Source of the DNA: Eimeria praecox
Lineage: Eukaryota
NCBI GenBank assembly: GCA_963920595.1
Contig: OY986950.1
Coordinates: 1,116,001 to 1,180,000, forward strand
Length of the DNA stretch: 64,000 nt
Direction: 5' to 3'
The translations under genes and the position numbers were made by a program. The notes beneath the pieces were generated by a model, which did not search any database, was not told the DNA's origin, and saw nothing but the letters and a program-made list of their open reading frames with translations. This document shows, piece by piece, positions 42,350-55,983 of the stretch (positions within the stretch are counted from its first letter, which is position 1; every line of letters begins with the position of its first letter).

Positions 42350-42701
42350 GGGAGAGAGAAGCGCGGATACGACAGCTCGTGATCGAGGGAGGGTTAATTG
42401 ATGCTGCTGAGGCGAAAGAACTCAAGATAATCGATCAGGTACACCACTGTCCCCTACTGCTGCTGCTGCTGCTGCTGCTGCTGTTGTTGTTGTTGGTGGT
42501 GGTGCTGCTGCTGTTGTTGGTGCTGCTGCTGTTGGTGGTGCTGCTGCTGTTGGTGGTGCTGCTGCTGTTGTTGGTGGTGCTGCTGCTGGTGGTGCTGCTG
42601 CTGTTGGTGCTGTTGCTGCTGCTGCTGCTGCCAACGTCTGCTCTTTTTCCTGCTGCTGCTGCTGCTGCTGCTGTTTATAATGTCTGCAGATTATTCAATA
42701 G
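39542..42701 (+). CDS. clpR: ClpP-family proteolytically inactive subunit (ClpR), apicoplast-type leader
   Basis: Exons encode [29 protein letters not shown] (ends 41051), [64 protein letters not shown] and IIQ* (42690-42701). Poly-Leu signal peptide at the N-terminus. Confidence 0.85.
40035..40388. repeat. (ATATTT)n microsatellite in ClpR intron 1
   Basis: Direct reading. Confidence 0.95.
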
Positions 42702-43019
42702 CTGCTGTCCCCATCCTACAGACAGCAGCAGCAGCAGCAGCAGCTGCTGCTGCTGCTGCAGCTGCTGCTGCTGCTGGAAGGAGACACCTGTAGATGAAGC
42801 CGTCCCTCCTCTATTTCCCGCTGCATCGTATAGATACGCTGTTGCTGCTGCTGCTGCAGCAGCAGCAGCAGCAGCAAACCCGCTGCTGCTGCTGCTGCTG
42901 CTGCTGCATCGCAGCAAACTCGATTTTCTCTGCTCTCACCACTTCTGCTGCTGCTGCTGCTGTGAGCAACAGCAGCAAGAGCAGCAGCAGGAGCAGCAGG
43001 AGCAGGAGGTAGTATGTAT

Positions 43020-43292
43020 TTAATCTACATAATCTGTTAATACAGAAGGCCTCACCATGTGTCTCCCTATACACCCTATCCAGGCCTCCTTCTCTTGTGC
43101 TGTCTCCGCTTGTAATAAAAATATTTGTGTTGATGTGTCAATCCGAAAAACATTTGTCTTCTGTGTCTCCTCCTCTACGCTCTTAACTGTACAGCAATCC
43201 CGTAAATATAATATCTTGGTTTAAATCAATATAACATACACACACACACAGAGACAGAGACAGAGAGACAGATATGAGAGAGAGAGAGACAG

Positions 43293-43340
<48 letters not shown>

Positions 43341-43684
43341 TATGAGAGAGAGAGACAGAGACAGATGAGAAGGAGACAGATACAGATAAGAAGGCGACAG
43401 ACACAGATAAGAAGGAGACAGAGACAGATGAGAAGGAGACAATTAATACATAAACAACAAAACGATAGAAAAGGAGACAGTCGTAAATACTGAGGAGAAG
43501 GAAACAGCAGCAGCAGCAAAACCAAAACAAACAGAGAGACAGACAGAGACAGACACAACAGACAGAGACAGACACAACAACACCTCCTACTTATTACAGA
43601 GACAGAAAGAGACAAGGAGACACAGAAGAGGTAGTAGTAAAGAGAAAGAGAGAAGGAGAGAGACAGAGAAAGAGAGAGAGAGAC

Positions 43685-43725
<41 letters not shown>

Positions 43726-44069
43726 CAGAAAAAGAAAGAGACAGAGACAGAAGAAAGAAGGGAGACCCTTGCTGTGGTGTGCCTACACCCCTGTCATCAT
43801 GTTCTCTAACCCCCCTAGGGTTTAGGGTTTATTAGGGTTTAGGGTTTATTAGGGTTTAGGGTTGATTAGGGTTTATTAGGGTTTACCTCAGTAGGTTTTT
43901 GTGTATGAGGGTCTGGGGATCTGTAGCTGCATATACACTCGGGGGTGAGTACAAACCATCGTCTCCTCCATTGTTTTAAATATCTACTTTGTTTATTTAA
44001 CCATCCTTCCTTAACAACCCCACCAGAAATAAACATATTTTTATTTTTATCTCGAATTCTATCCGACAT
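43020..44069 (-). CDS. Small single PH-domain protein (125 aa, AtPH1-like)
   Basis: Exon 1 44069-43887 (VVKEGWLNKQSRYLKQWRRRWFVLT..KPTE) + exon 2 43214-43020 (ILYLRDCCTVKSVEEE..NVFRIDT..FLLQAETAQEKEAWIGCIGRHMVRPSVL..*), phase-0 GT-AG intron. Confidence 0.93.
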
Positions 44070-44484
44070 TTTTCAGGTGTATAGGCAGCTTCCGACCTCC
44101 CTATACACCGTAAATTTATGTTAGGGTATATACAAGAATATATTATTTTATTTATTATTTTTTATTTTTTTTATATAAAATTAATTTTATTTTATTTTAA
44201 ATATATAATATTATACATATTAATCAAATAAGACATAAATCGTAAACATTTTATACCTGCAATATACATACACTCGCTCTCTCTCTTCCTCTCTCAGAAA
44301 GAAGCTGGGGTGTATAGGCACCGTATATAAGTACAACCAAATCTGCTGCTGTTTCTCTTTTAATTAAATATATAAAAACTTATACAAATATATTTATTTA
44401 AAAAATAAATAATATAATAAGACAATTCGGTTATAATAATACAATAATACAGACAAAAGCAACACAATTAGTACAACAAACAAC

Positions 44485-44565
<81 letters not shown>

Positions 44566-44864
44566 GACCAACAGATCTGTCTGTACACCTGAAAATTGTC
44601 GCTCTTATCCCTCAAACCTTTGTAAATAAATATATTTATATTTTATTACAACTATATAATTAATTTAGTTTAATATAATTGCTTATCTGCATATACACAG
44701 AGAGAGGAGGGGGGCCCCCACCTGTACATACACTGCAGCCAGGCGCTGAGGCCCACAGACTTCCTGTCTTGTTTATATTATATATATATATATATGTTTA
44801 TATTTATATTTATATATCTATATATATAGATATATAATTATATGAATATATATATAATATAGAT

Positions 44865-44926
<62 letters not shown>

Positions 44927-45630
44927 CAGCCTCCAGGCTTCACACACTTATGTTTTTTATGTTAATCTTTAATATTCTTTTATTTTTATTATTTAATTTA
45001 ATTGATTTATATTTAATATAATAATAAATTTATTATCTGTCGCCCTTCTATGAGCTTCCAGCATCAGCCCAAACACTTTGCTCTCAACCCCCTAATCCTC
45101 TAAACCCTAAACCCTAAACCCTAAACCCTAAACCCTAAACCCTAACCCCGGTTCTGTTATGTCTTATCCTCCTTAACAATTAGCAGACTAAGCAAACAGA
45201 TTCAGCTGTCTCTTCAGATATCCACAGACACACACATACCCTCTAGGGGCCCCCATAGCCTGCTGCCTCACTAATAATTATTTACGAGAGAGCCAGGGGG
45301 CCCCCTGGGGGCCCCCCTCCCCCCCTTGCCTGAAACAGAAGGGGCCCTTATAAGAGGGGGGGGGGGCCCAGGGGGCCCCTGAGGCAGAGACGCCAGTACC
45401 ACTGACACGAGGGGGGCCCCCAAGGGGGGCCCCCAAGGGCCCCCTAAATGGGAACGGTATGAAAGAAGGGGGCCCCTAAGGGGGGCCCCCAAGGTGGCCA
45501 CTAGGGGGGCCCATCGAGGGGGCCCCTAGGGGGGGCCATCAAGGGGGCCCCTAGGGGGGGCCATCAAGGGGGCCCCCAAGGGAGGCCTTCAAGGGGGCCC
45601 CCAGGGGGGGCCCCCCTAAGTCGAACGGGT

Positions 45631-45765
45631 TTAGAAGTAAGGGGCCCCCGTTGGGGGCCCCCTCGGGGGCCCCTTGTTATGACCATACTTTACAAATGCT
45701 TCTTCTTCTTCTTTGTAAGCCTGCAGAGCAGCCTCAACTCGACGGCGTTCAGACACCTGGGCCCT

Positions 45766-45810
<45 letters not shown>

Positions 45811-46946
45811 ACAGCAGCAGCAGCAATAACAGGGGATGGGCGGATATAATTGAAGCATCAGTAGCAGCAGCAGCAGGAAGATAAATAAGAGGACATTGTG
45901 TTCTACTATTGCTGCTGCTATTGCTGCTGCTATTGCTGCTGCTGCTGTTGCTGCTGCTGTTGCTGCTGCTGCTGTTGCTGCTCTCCAGCAGCAGCTGCTG
46001 CTACGCACCTGAAGAAAGCGAGGACCTTCCACGCAGCAACAGCAGCAGCAGCAGCAGCAGCTAGCTGCAGCCCCAGCCTCTTCTCCTGCTTCACCTGCAA
46101 AGCAGCAGCAGCAGCTTTTGCTGTTTCTGCTGCAGACACTTGAGGTGTATCTGCAGCTCCATCTAACTCCTTGTGGGGCCCCCACCACAACATTGCTGCT
46201 GCTGCTGCTCTTGCTGCTGCGGGGGCCCCCCGTGTCATCGGTAGCAGCGCAGCAAGAGGAAGACCACTCGGAGGCCCCCCCAAATCCTGAGAGCTTCCTG
46301 CTGCTGCTGCTGCAGTTGCTGCTGCAGTTGCTGCTGCTGCTGCTGCTGCAGCAGCAGCAGCAGCAGCATTCTGATCTAGCATTGCTTTGCGCCTTTTCTT
46401 TACGATGGCTACAACAGAAGCAGCAGCAGCAGCAGCTGCTGCTGCTGCTGCTGCAGCAGCAGCAGGGTTAGCTGCAGCACACCGCAGCAGGTGTGGGGCC
46501 CCAGCAGCAGCAGAGCATACAAGACTGCCTGTAGAACGCAGCAGCAGCAAAGATACACTGACAGCAAACTGCTGCTTCAATCGAGAGACAAAGAGAGACA
46601 CAAACTCGGAGACACCTGTCCCTAGACGCCGCCCCACAGCAAGCCAACGAGACCCTCGTTGCTGCTGCTGCTGCTGCTGCTGTTGCTGTTGCTGCTGCTG
46701 CTGTTGCTGTTGCTGCAGCTGCTGTTGGTGCTGCAGCCACGGGAATCGATGGGAAGGAGAAAGAGCACCAACAGCTGAATCTGCTGCTGCTGCTGCTGCT
46801 GCTCTTACTGCTGCTGCAGATAGGGCTATGGGCGGATGGGCGGCCCACGCTGCAGCAGGAACCCTTGCTGCTGCTGCTGCTGCTGCTGGTGCTGCTGCTT
46901 CTGCTGCTGCTGCTGCTGGTGCTGCTGCTTCTGCTGCTGCTGTTTC

Positions 46947-46978
<32 letters not shown>

Positions 46979-47075
46979 ATGGTGATGACCTACAAACAGA
47001 GAAGCTGAGTCTCCTACTACCCCTCGGGGAACACAGCGAATTGCTGCTGCTGCTGCTGCTGCTGTTGCTGCAGCA

Positions 47076-47106
<31 letters not shown>

Positions 47107-47450
47107 AGGGGCACACAGCTGCTACGCAGGTTGAAGGGTATATACTGCTGTCGGAGGAGGAAAGCTGCTGTTGTTGGTGCTGCTGTTGCTGCTGTTGTTG
47201 CTGCTGTTGCTGCTGCTGCTGTTGGTGCTGCTGCTGTTGCTGCTGCTGTGTGGAGACACGGCATCTGCTGCTGCAGCAGCGGCTGAGACGAGCAGCAGCA
47301 GCACACCCCAAGCAGCAGCAGCAGACCTAGAAGTCGCAGTGTATGTGCTGCTGCTGCTGCTGCAGCAGTAGCAGCACCAGCAGCACGAGCAGCAGCAGCA
47401 GCTGCTGCAGCAGCAGCAGCAGCAGCAGCACCAGCCTTCTGTCTCCTCAT
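45631..47450 (-). CDS. Hypothetical protein with signal plus transit-like leader and a C-terminal hydrophobic helix followed by a coiled segment; 3' end uncertain
   Basis: ORF 45930..47450 (LRLLGLLLLLGVCCCCSS, then a Ser/Arg-rich stretch) spliced after WKVLAFFR to AQVSERRRVEAALQAYKEEEEAFV (~45763-45690). Confidence 0.6.
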
Positions 47451-48049
47451 CTGCAGACACGGGGGCCCGAGGGGCCCCTTAGAGGCAGTTTGAATGTAGT
47501 TGTTGTTGTTGCTTCTTATTAATTAAATATATTAATTACACAAACTTCAAACAAAACAAACACAGACAAACCCGAGGCCCCTTCTCCCCCCACACGTAGA
47601 GGGGCCCCCCACCTGGGGGGGGGCCCCCCAACCTCAGGGGGCCCCTAAGAGGGGGGGCCCCCCTGGGGGGGGGAGGGAGGGCCCCCCCAAGGGGCCCCCT
47701 GCCCTGCTGCTCTAGATGATATCAGCAGCAGCAACAGGAGAATGTTATGTTTTTCTGCTGCTGTGTTTGTTTTTATTAATTTGTTTTTATTATCTTCTTA
47801 GCTGCTGCAGGGGGCCCCTCCCCCCCCCCCCCCCCCCTCTCAGGCTGAGGGGCCCCCCAGCGGATCTGTCTCCTTCTGTCTCCTTCTGTCTCCTCTTTGT
47901 TTATACGAGCAGCAGCATTTGCTGCTGCAGCAGGAAGCAGGTGTCTCCTCAAAGAAGGAGACACAAAAGGAGACATACACCTGAGGACCCCACAGAGGAG
48001 ACACCGTGGAGTGTATATACACCTCAGCTGTTATCTTACATGTAGAGAA

Positions 48050-48170
48050 ATGATTGTCTCTTCGACAGCAACAATATCAAATCTGCTGCATGCGGCTCCT
48101 CTTGCTGCTGCTACAGCAGCAGCTGCTGCAGCAAGGGGAGCAGCAGCTGCTGCTGCAGCAAGAGGAGCAG

Positions 48171-48202
<32 letters not shown>

Positions 48203-48308
48203 ACAGCAGCAGCAGCAGCAGCAAGAGGAGAACCGCGCAAGTTCTGTCTTCAACAGAGTAGACCACTAACGGTAGCGGCTGCTGCTGCAGCAGATCCTGC
48301 TGCAGCAA

Positions 48309-48349
<41 letters not shown>

Positions 48350-48481
48350 GCAGCAGCTCGGCCTCTGGATCGGCAGCTCCTTCGGGGCCTAGCATGGGGC
48401 CCCCCCAGCAGCAGCTACTTAAGACAAACCCCAACGGTGTCTCTAAACAACAGGAGCTGTCTCCTCAACAAAGTTGTAAAC

Positions 48482-48512
<31 letters not shown>

Positions 48513-48976
48513 CACAGCAGCAGCAGCAGCAGCAGCAGCAAACACAGCAGCAGCAGCAGCAGCAGAATTTATTACTACTGCAGCAGCAACAGCAGCAAAC
48601 CCTTCTATGGACACAGCCTCTCCCTACACCCCAACAACAACAACAACAGCAACAACAACAACAACAACAACAACAACAGCAGCAGCAGCAGCAGCAGGAG
48701 CAGCAGCAGCAGCAGCAGGGGCTGCTGCTGCGGCGGGATCGAGGGGGGAAGGTGAAGACGAAGCTACGAAGGACAGAGAGGAGGAGACGGAGGGCTGAGG
48801 CTTTGAAGAGACGCCTGGGGGGCCTTAAACCCTTACAGGGGCCCCCAAGGGTACAGGGGCCCCCCCAAGGGGCCCCAGGGGGCCCCGGGGGGCCCCCAGG
48901 AGGGGCCCCAGGGGGGGCCCCAGGGGGGGCCCCCGGGGGCCCCATAGATTTAAGAGACGTGTGGACTACATCGTAG
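48050..48976 (+). CDS. Hypothetical single-exon protein with a highly basic C-terminal segment (possible mitoribosomal/RNA-binding protein)
   Basis: ATG 48050 within ORF 47897..48976; RRDRGGKVKTKLRRTERRRRRAEALKRRLGG follows a low-complexity leader. Confidence 0.55.
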
Positions 48977-49047
48977 AATACTCTGTAATTTTTTGTAATT
49001 AACTGTCTCCTTTACTCTGTCTGTCTCCTTCTTTATAATAATAATAA

Positions 49048-49123
<76 letters not shown>

Positions 49124-49431
49124 TATTATTAAACAGAGACAAAACCGTAAACCCTAAACCCTAAATACAGCATTTGTAACGGTCTCTGGGGCGTCCTTGT
49201 AGGATTAGGATTTAGGGACTTAGTTTCTAGGGTTTAGGGTTTAGGGTTTAGGGTTTAGGGTTTCAGACAATCCTTAAACAATTGAGTGCTAGGGCTTTAG
49301 AGAGTCAAATTTAAAGTGTTTAGGGTTTAGGGTTTAGGGTTTAGGGTTTAGAGGGCCCCCAGTGTCTGTACACTTGGAAGGAGACATCCTCTTTAAATAG
49401 TTGTGGGGCCCCCTAACAAGGAGACAAGATA

Positions 49432-49528
<97 letters not shown>

Positions 49529-49584
49529 CTCCTGAATCAGAGAAGGAGACAGTAAAGAGACAGCAGCAGCATAAAAGGAGACAG

Positions 49585-49910
49585 TTAAAGACAGACTGAG
49601 AGGACATCAAGACACCGTAGGGCCCTTACAAGGTCTGTAGGTAGTTTGCTGTCTACCTCGAGGCCTCTCAGTTGGGGGCCCTCGGGGGCCCCCTGTCTCT
49701 TCATATGGGGGCCCCTGGGGGCCCTCTGTCTCCTCATGTGGGGCCCCCCAGGGGGCCCCTCCCTCTCTTCCTGGGGGGCCCCCGGGGGGCCCCCCAACTG
49801 CTGCTGGGGAACCCCTAGGTGACAGCAATGAAGAAAGAGGCGGGGACACCACGAAGCATCAGACACATATAAAGAGGGGTCTGCAGCAGCAGCAGCAGCA
49901 GCAACAGCAG

Positions 49911-49948
<38 letters not shown>

Positions 49949-50087
49949 ACAACAGCAATATAGCAAGAAGAAGAATAGGAGACAGCAACCAATCTCTGTT
50001 GCTTCTATCGCTGGACCTGCTGCTATTCCTGCTGCTGTTCTTGCTGTCCCTTCCCCTTTTCTCCTGCTACTACTACTACTGCTGCTG

Positions 50088-50120
<33 letters not shown>

Positions 50121-50866
50121 ACCTTGAATATACTTGTAGTCCCCCACAATAGGATGAGATAGTGCTGCTAGATGCGCTCTGATTTGGTGCGTCCTTCCAC
50201 TCAACAACTTAGTTAAGAGGAGACAGTACACCTTACCTGAGGAGACACATACCTATGCATGCAAACATACACTATATGCTGCTCCTGCTGCTGCTGCTCT
50301 TGCTGCTGCTGCTGCTCTTGCTGCTGCTGCTGCTGATAGTGGTGGTGTTGCTGCTGCTGCTGCTGCTGGTGGTGGTATTCCTGTTGCTGCTGTTTCTGCT
50401 GCTGCTGCTGCTTTCGAAAGGCAATGGAGGGTTGCACAGACAACCAAACCTGCCTTTTGGGGGGCCCCCTTGGGGGGCCCCTTGGGGGCCCCCTTGGGGG
50501 TGGGGGGCCCTTAGAGGGGCCCCTTAGGGGGGCCCCTTAGAGGGGCCCCTTAGGGGGGCCCCTTAGGGGGGCCCCTTTGTTTGTGTGTGTTTACCTTTGC
50601 GCTTGAAGTGTATGAGAGGCCGAATCAAAGTTGTTGATGACTGCAGCAACAGAAAATATCAAACCCTTGCTGCAGCAGCGGCTGTTGCAGCAGCAGCAGC
50701 AACAGCAGCACCAATAGCAGCAGCAATAGCAGCAGCAACAGCAGCACCAATAGCAGCAGCAATAGCAGCAGCAATAACAGCAGCAATAGCAGCAGCAGCA
50801 GCAGCAAAAGCAGCAGCAGCACCGACAGTAGGAGCAGCAGAAGGAAAGGTAGGAGCGGCAGCAGCG

Positions 50867-50899
<33 letters not shown>

Positions 50900-51035
50900 A
50901 GCCTACCTTGCCGTGGGGGCTGCATGTGCTGAAGATAAGATTATGAGGGGGGGGCCCCTTGACGGTTTCTATGGGCGCACTAATACACCAGAACCCCTCG
51001 GGGCCCCGCAGCAACCTCAGGCCCCCATGCTGCTG

Positions 51036-51087
<52 letters not shown>

Positions 51088-51246
51088 ACGTATCCGTGTA
51101 CAAGACACAAGTAGAATTTATTAAAGCTGTGAGCCTCAAAATGCATGCGAGCGACGTGAAAGCCCCAAAGTGTCTTAGCTAACAAGAGAGGGCCTGCATG
51201 CAGCACAGGCACAGGGGACACAAGCCACCCTTCCTCCTCCTGCTGC

Positions 51247-51287
<41 letters not shown>

Positions 51288-52885
51288 TTGCTGCAGCAGC
51301 AGCAGCAGCAAGGGGCCCCCAATCCCGAGCAAGCGTCGTATCTGCTGTCCCTCAGTACCCTGCGTGGGGCCCCCAACAAACAAACAACTCGTCTAGAGAC
51401 AGATATTCAAATAGAGAGAGACAGAGAGAGACAGAGAGAGACAGAGGGAGATAGAGAGAGACAGAGAGAGATAGAGAGAGACAGAGGGAGATAGAGAGAG
51501 ACAGAGGGAGATAGAGAGAGACAGAGAGAGACAGAGGGAGATAGAGAGAGACAGAGGGAGACAGAGAAAGACAGAGAGAGACAGAGAGAGAGAGACAGAG
51601 AGACACAGAGAGAGACACCAGTCCAAGCACTTAAAGGGGCCCCCAGAGGGGTCTCCTGTTGGGGGCCCCCAGAGAGGATATCTTCATACAAGGAGCCCCA
51701 ATGGGGGGTCTCCTTCTTGGGGGCCCCCAAAGGGCTTTAGAGGGGGGCCCCCGGCCCCCCTCTTAAAAGCCCCAAGAAAGGGTACCCTCTTTGGGGGCCC
51801 CTTCGTTGGGGGCCCCATGGGAGGGGCCCCCTATGGGAGGCGCCCCCATGGGAGGGGCCCCCATAGGGGGCCCCCATAGGGGGCCCCCAAGCATATCGTA
51901 GATTGCTTACCGCTAGTCTCACAGTCGAGTCTGTGGGTACAGCCGAAGGCCAAAGACGAATCTGAAAGAACGGCAGAAAATTCAGAGTCTACAGACACCT
52001 GCTTGAGGGGGGCCCCCATGGGAGGGGCCCCCAGAGGAGGGGCCCCCATGGGAGGGGCCCCCATGGGAGGGGCCCCCAGAGGAGGGGCCCCCAGAGGAGG
52101 GGCTTCCCGCCCCTTGGGTGTCCTGCTGGGGAGAGCGGTAGGGGGGCTCAAGTCTTTGGGGCCCCCAGCGGGGCCCTTAAGAGGGTCTTCGGAGATGGTC
52201 TTAGGGGGGCCCCCAGGGGGGCCCCCCATTGTATCTGGGGGGGCCCCTGGTAGCAGGGGGTGGGCCCCCTCCTGTAATCTAGCCCTAAGAAATAGATGAA
52301 GGGGCTCAGGTCTGCTGCTCCTCAGCAGCAACTCGCTGGAAAGGAGACAGCTGTCTCCTTTGGTTGTTGATGGAGACACTAGAGACCCTAGAGGGGTAGG
52401 GGGCCCCGGGGGGCCCCCCTCTTGAATCTGAGGGGCCCTAGGGGGCCCCCAAGATGCCCACGCCGGTGTCTCTAACACCGAAGGGGGCCCCTCAGAATCA
52501 GAGACAGTCTGTTGAGGGTTTACGAGCCAGTGAGGGGGCTTCAATACAACCTTAGAAGAGACAAAGGAGACACATGAAGGAGAGGAGACAGCAGATATTG
52601 AGGAGACAGCAGATACTGAGGAGACAGAAGAAACAGAGGAGACAGAAGACGGGGAGGAGACAGAAGACAGGGAGAGAGGGTAGGGGAGACATACACACAG
52701 CAAAGAGAGAGACAGAGGAGACACCCTCAGCAGCACAAGCACAAGAAACAACAACACCAACAACAGCAGCAGCAGCAACAACAGCAGCAACACCATTACC
52801 AGCAGATACTGCAGCAGCAGCAGCAGCAGATGCACCAGCAACAGCAACAGCAGCGTGCAAAGCATTAGGTGCAGCAGCAGTAAGT

Positions 52886-52943
<58 letters not shown>

Positions 52944-53230
52944 TGTGGGGTCTCACTAAGTAGTGCTGTGTCTCTAGAAGGGAGACAGGAAGACCTTTCT
53001 GAAGGCCTCCGTTCAATCGTCCCCACTGAGGAGACACAGGACCTGCAGCACCACAAGATTGCTGCTGCTGCTGCTGCTGCTGCTGTTCCTGCTGCTGTTG
53101 TTGTTGCTGCTGCTGCTGTTGCTGCTGCGGATGATGTTGCTCCTGGTGGGGTTGTTGTTGCTGGTGCTCCTGCTGCTGCTGCTGCTGCTGTTGTTGTTGC
53201 TGTTCTTGTTCTTGTTCTTGTTGCTGTTCC

Positions 53231-53262
<32 letters not shown>

Positions 53263-53791
53263 GTGTTGCTGCTGCTGCTGCTTCGGTAGTTTGTGTTTAT
53301 GTTTATTGTTGCTGCTGCTCGTACGAGCTAGCAGCACTGCTGCAGCAGTGAGGCCCTCAAATAAAGAAGGAGACAGAAAGGAGACAGCGCTCAAGCAGCA
53401 CGTCAGGGTCCACACATCACGGAGGGAGACTGTACCCTCGGGGGGCCCCTGCAGCAGCTCGGGGGGGCCCCCGGGGGGCCCCCCAGGAAGGAGACGGGGG
53501 CCCCCAAAGGCTAGACCATGGGGGCCCCCTGCATGCAAACGCTGCTTTATCTCTTTATACACACTCCTCCACACAAATACTGCAGCAGAAATAAACCTCT
53601 GCTGCTCCTGTTGCTGCTGCTGCTGCTCTTGCTGCTCCTGCTGCTGCTGCTGCTCTTGCTGCTGCTGCAGCAGCTCTTGCTGCTGCTGCTGCTGCTGTTC
53701 TTCAGAGTCCTGCTTGCCGGGGTGCAGCTCCTTATGTTGCAACGGCTGCTGTTGCTGCAGCTGGTACAGATGCTGTTGCTGCTGCTGCTCT

Positions 53792-53837
<46 letters not shown>

Positions 53838-54089
53838 TCTGTTTCTGCTGCTGCTGCTTCTGTTGCTGCTGTAGTTGCCAGATTTGTTTTTGTACGTCTT
53901 CATCTAACAATTTAACTGTCTCCTCGAAGTGTCTCCTCACCTGTTTTCTGAAGTGTCTCCTTTCATGGGGGGCCCCCTGTCTCCTCAGCTGTAGCTGCAG
54001 CAGGGGCCCCCGTGCTTTTGCTTCTGCTGCCCGTTGTAACCCCACACACAAACCAGCCAAATCTCTTAACGATGCCTCCCCTAGAAACC

Positions 54090-54166
<77 letters not shown>

Positions 54167-55520
54167 GATATCAGCAGCTTAGGAAGCAACACAAAAAGGG
54201 CCTCAGGAAATTGCTGCTGCTGCGAGCAAGCCAGCATAGCTGCAGCAATATCACGGCAAGAGAGAGGGGGGCCCCTGGGGGCCCCCACGGGGGGCCCCCC
54301 CTGCATATACACCCCACTCCTTTGGAATGGATGCGCATACGGCTGCACCGGTGAGGTAGTGTCTCCTTCTGTCTCCTCTGTCTCTGTCTCCTTCTTTGTA
54401 TATTCTTTCTCTCTTTTAATTTGTTTATGTCTGTCTCTATTTGTCTCTCTTTCTCTGTTTCTGTCTCTCTTTCTATCTCTGTCTTTACAGGAGACACCCT
54501 CGCTTCCTGCTGCTGCTGCTGCTGCTGCTGCTGTGGGGCCCCTCGGGGGGCCCCCTTCAAGGGATATGGAAGCAGCCTGTCCCCTCTGCAGCAGCTCAGC
54601 AGCAGCAGCAGCACAAAGAGAAGGAGACACATGGTTTACAGCAGCACAAGCCCATAGAGCATTTGCTATCTGTCGAGGAGACAGTAGCTGCAGGGGCCCC
54701 CCTCTGAGGAGACAGTTCAAAGATGTATGAAAGAGGCACTCATATATTCCTGCTGCTGGGGGGCCCCCGGGGGCCCCCCTTATTACAGGCGTACCACCCC
54801 ACACACCTGGGGGCCCCTGCTGCAGTAGAGCAGCAGATAATTTAACTGTCTCCTTCTCAGAGGGGGGGGCCCCTAGATGTCTTGATGCTGCTCCTTCATC
54901 TTGGCCTCTCATAGATTCAATCTGCTGCTGCTGCTGCTGTTGTTCCTGCTGTTGCTGCTGCTGCTGTTGCTGCTGTTGCTGATGGAATTGCTGTTGCTGT
55001 TGTTGCTGCTGCGGTTGTTGCTGTTGCTGCTGCTTTTCTTTCTGTTGCTGCTGCTGTTGCTGCTGTTGCTGCTGTTGCTGCTGTTGCTGCTGTTGCTGTT
55101 GTTGCTGCTGTTGCTGTTGCTGCTGCTGCTGTTGCTGCAGGGCTCTGACGTTATTCTTTTGTATTCTGAGGAGGCTGTTGAGGGTTTGCTCCCGTGCTGC
55201 TGCTGCTGTGGGGTGTCTATACACCTCAGCTTTAGCTATAGCCCATAGAAGGGTTGAGTGGGCTCTTCCTTCTAATGCCTCCTGCTGCTGCAGCGTTGAG
55301 ACAGCAACAGCAGCAAATATATCTTTGACTGCTGCATGCAGCTGCAGCCGTGCTGCTGCAGCGTGCTGCTGCTGATCCACTTCCTGCTGCTGCTGCTGCT
55401 GCTGTTGCTGCTGTTGCTGCTGCTGCTGCGGGGGTAGGGGAGTAATTATAGCTATGCCTGAGCGATCGAGGACAGTGGCGAGGCCCCACGCAATGTTGCA
55501 GATGTCTACTGGCAGCAGCA

Positions 55521-55554
<34 letters not shown>

Positions 55555-55705
55555 CTGTTGCTGCTGCTGCTGCTGTTGTTGCTGTTGCTGCAGCAGAGGC
55601 TGCAGCAGAGGCTGCAGCGCAGCAATAGCAGCAAGGACTAAGGGGACATCGCAGGCGCCAAGGGCTCCGAGGGCCCACAGAGTGTTGGAGACAAGCTGTC
55701 GTGTC

Positions 55706-55771
<66 letters not shown>

Positions 55772-55880
55772 GCAGCAGCAAGTCCTTCGAGATGACGCAG
55801 CAGCTTGCTGCGGAGTGCGCAGAATGTGGGGTTGGTGTAGAGACACCGTAACATGGGTGGCAGGGACGCTGGCAGCACGA

Positions 55881-55919
<39 letters not shown>

Positions 55920-55946
55920 TGGGGTGCTCCTGCTCTACAGCAGCAC

Positions 55947-55983
<37 letters not shown>

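Noticed and set aside
53291..54730. 479-aa plus-strand ORF and many other poly-L/poly-C antisense ORFs
   Set aside because: Shadows of CAG/CTG repeats, which contain no stop codon in any frame.
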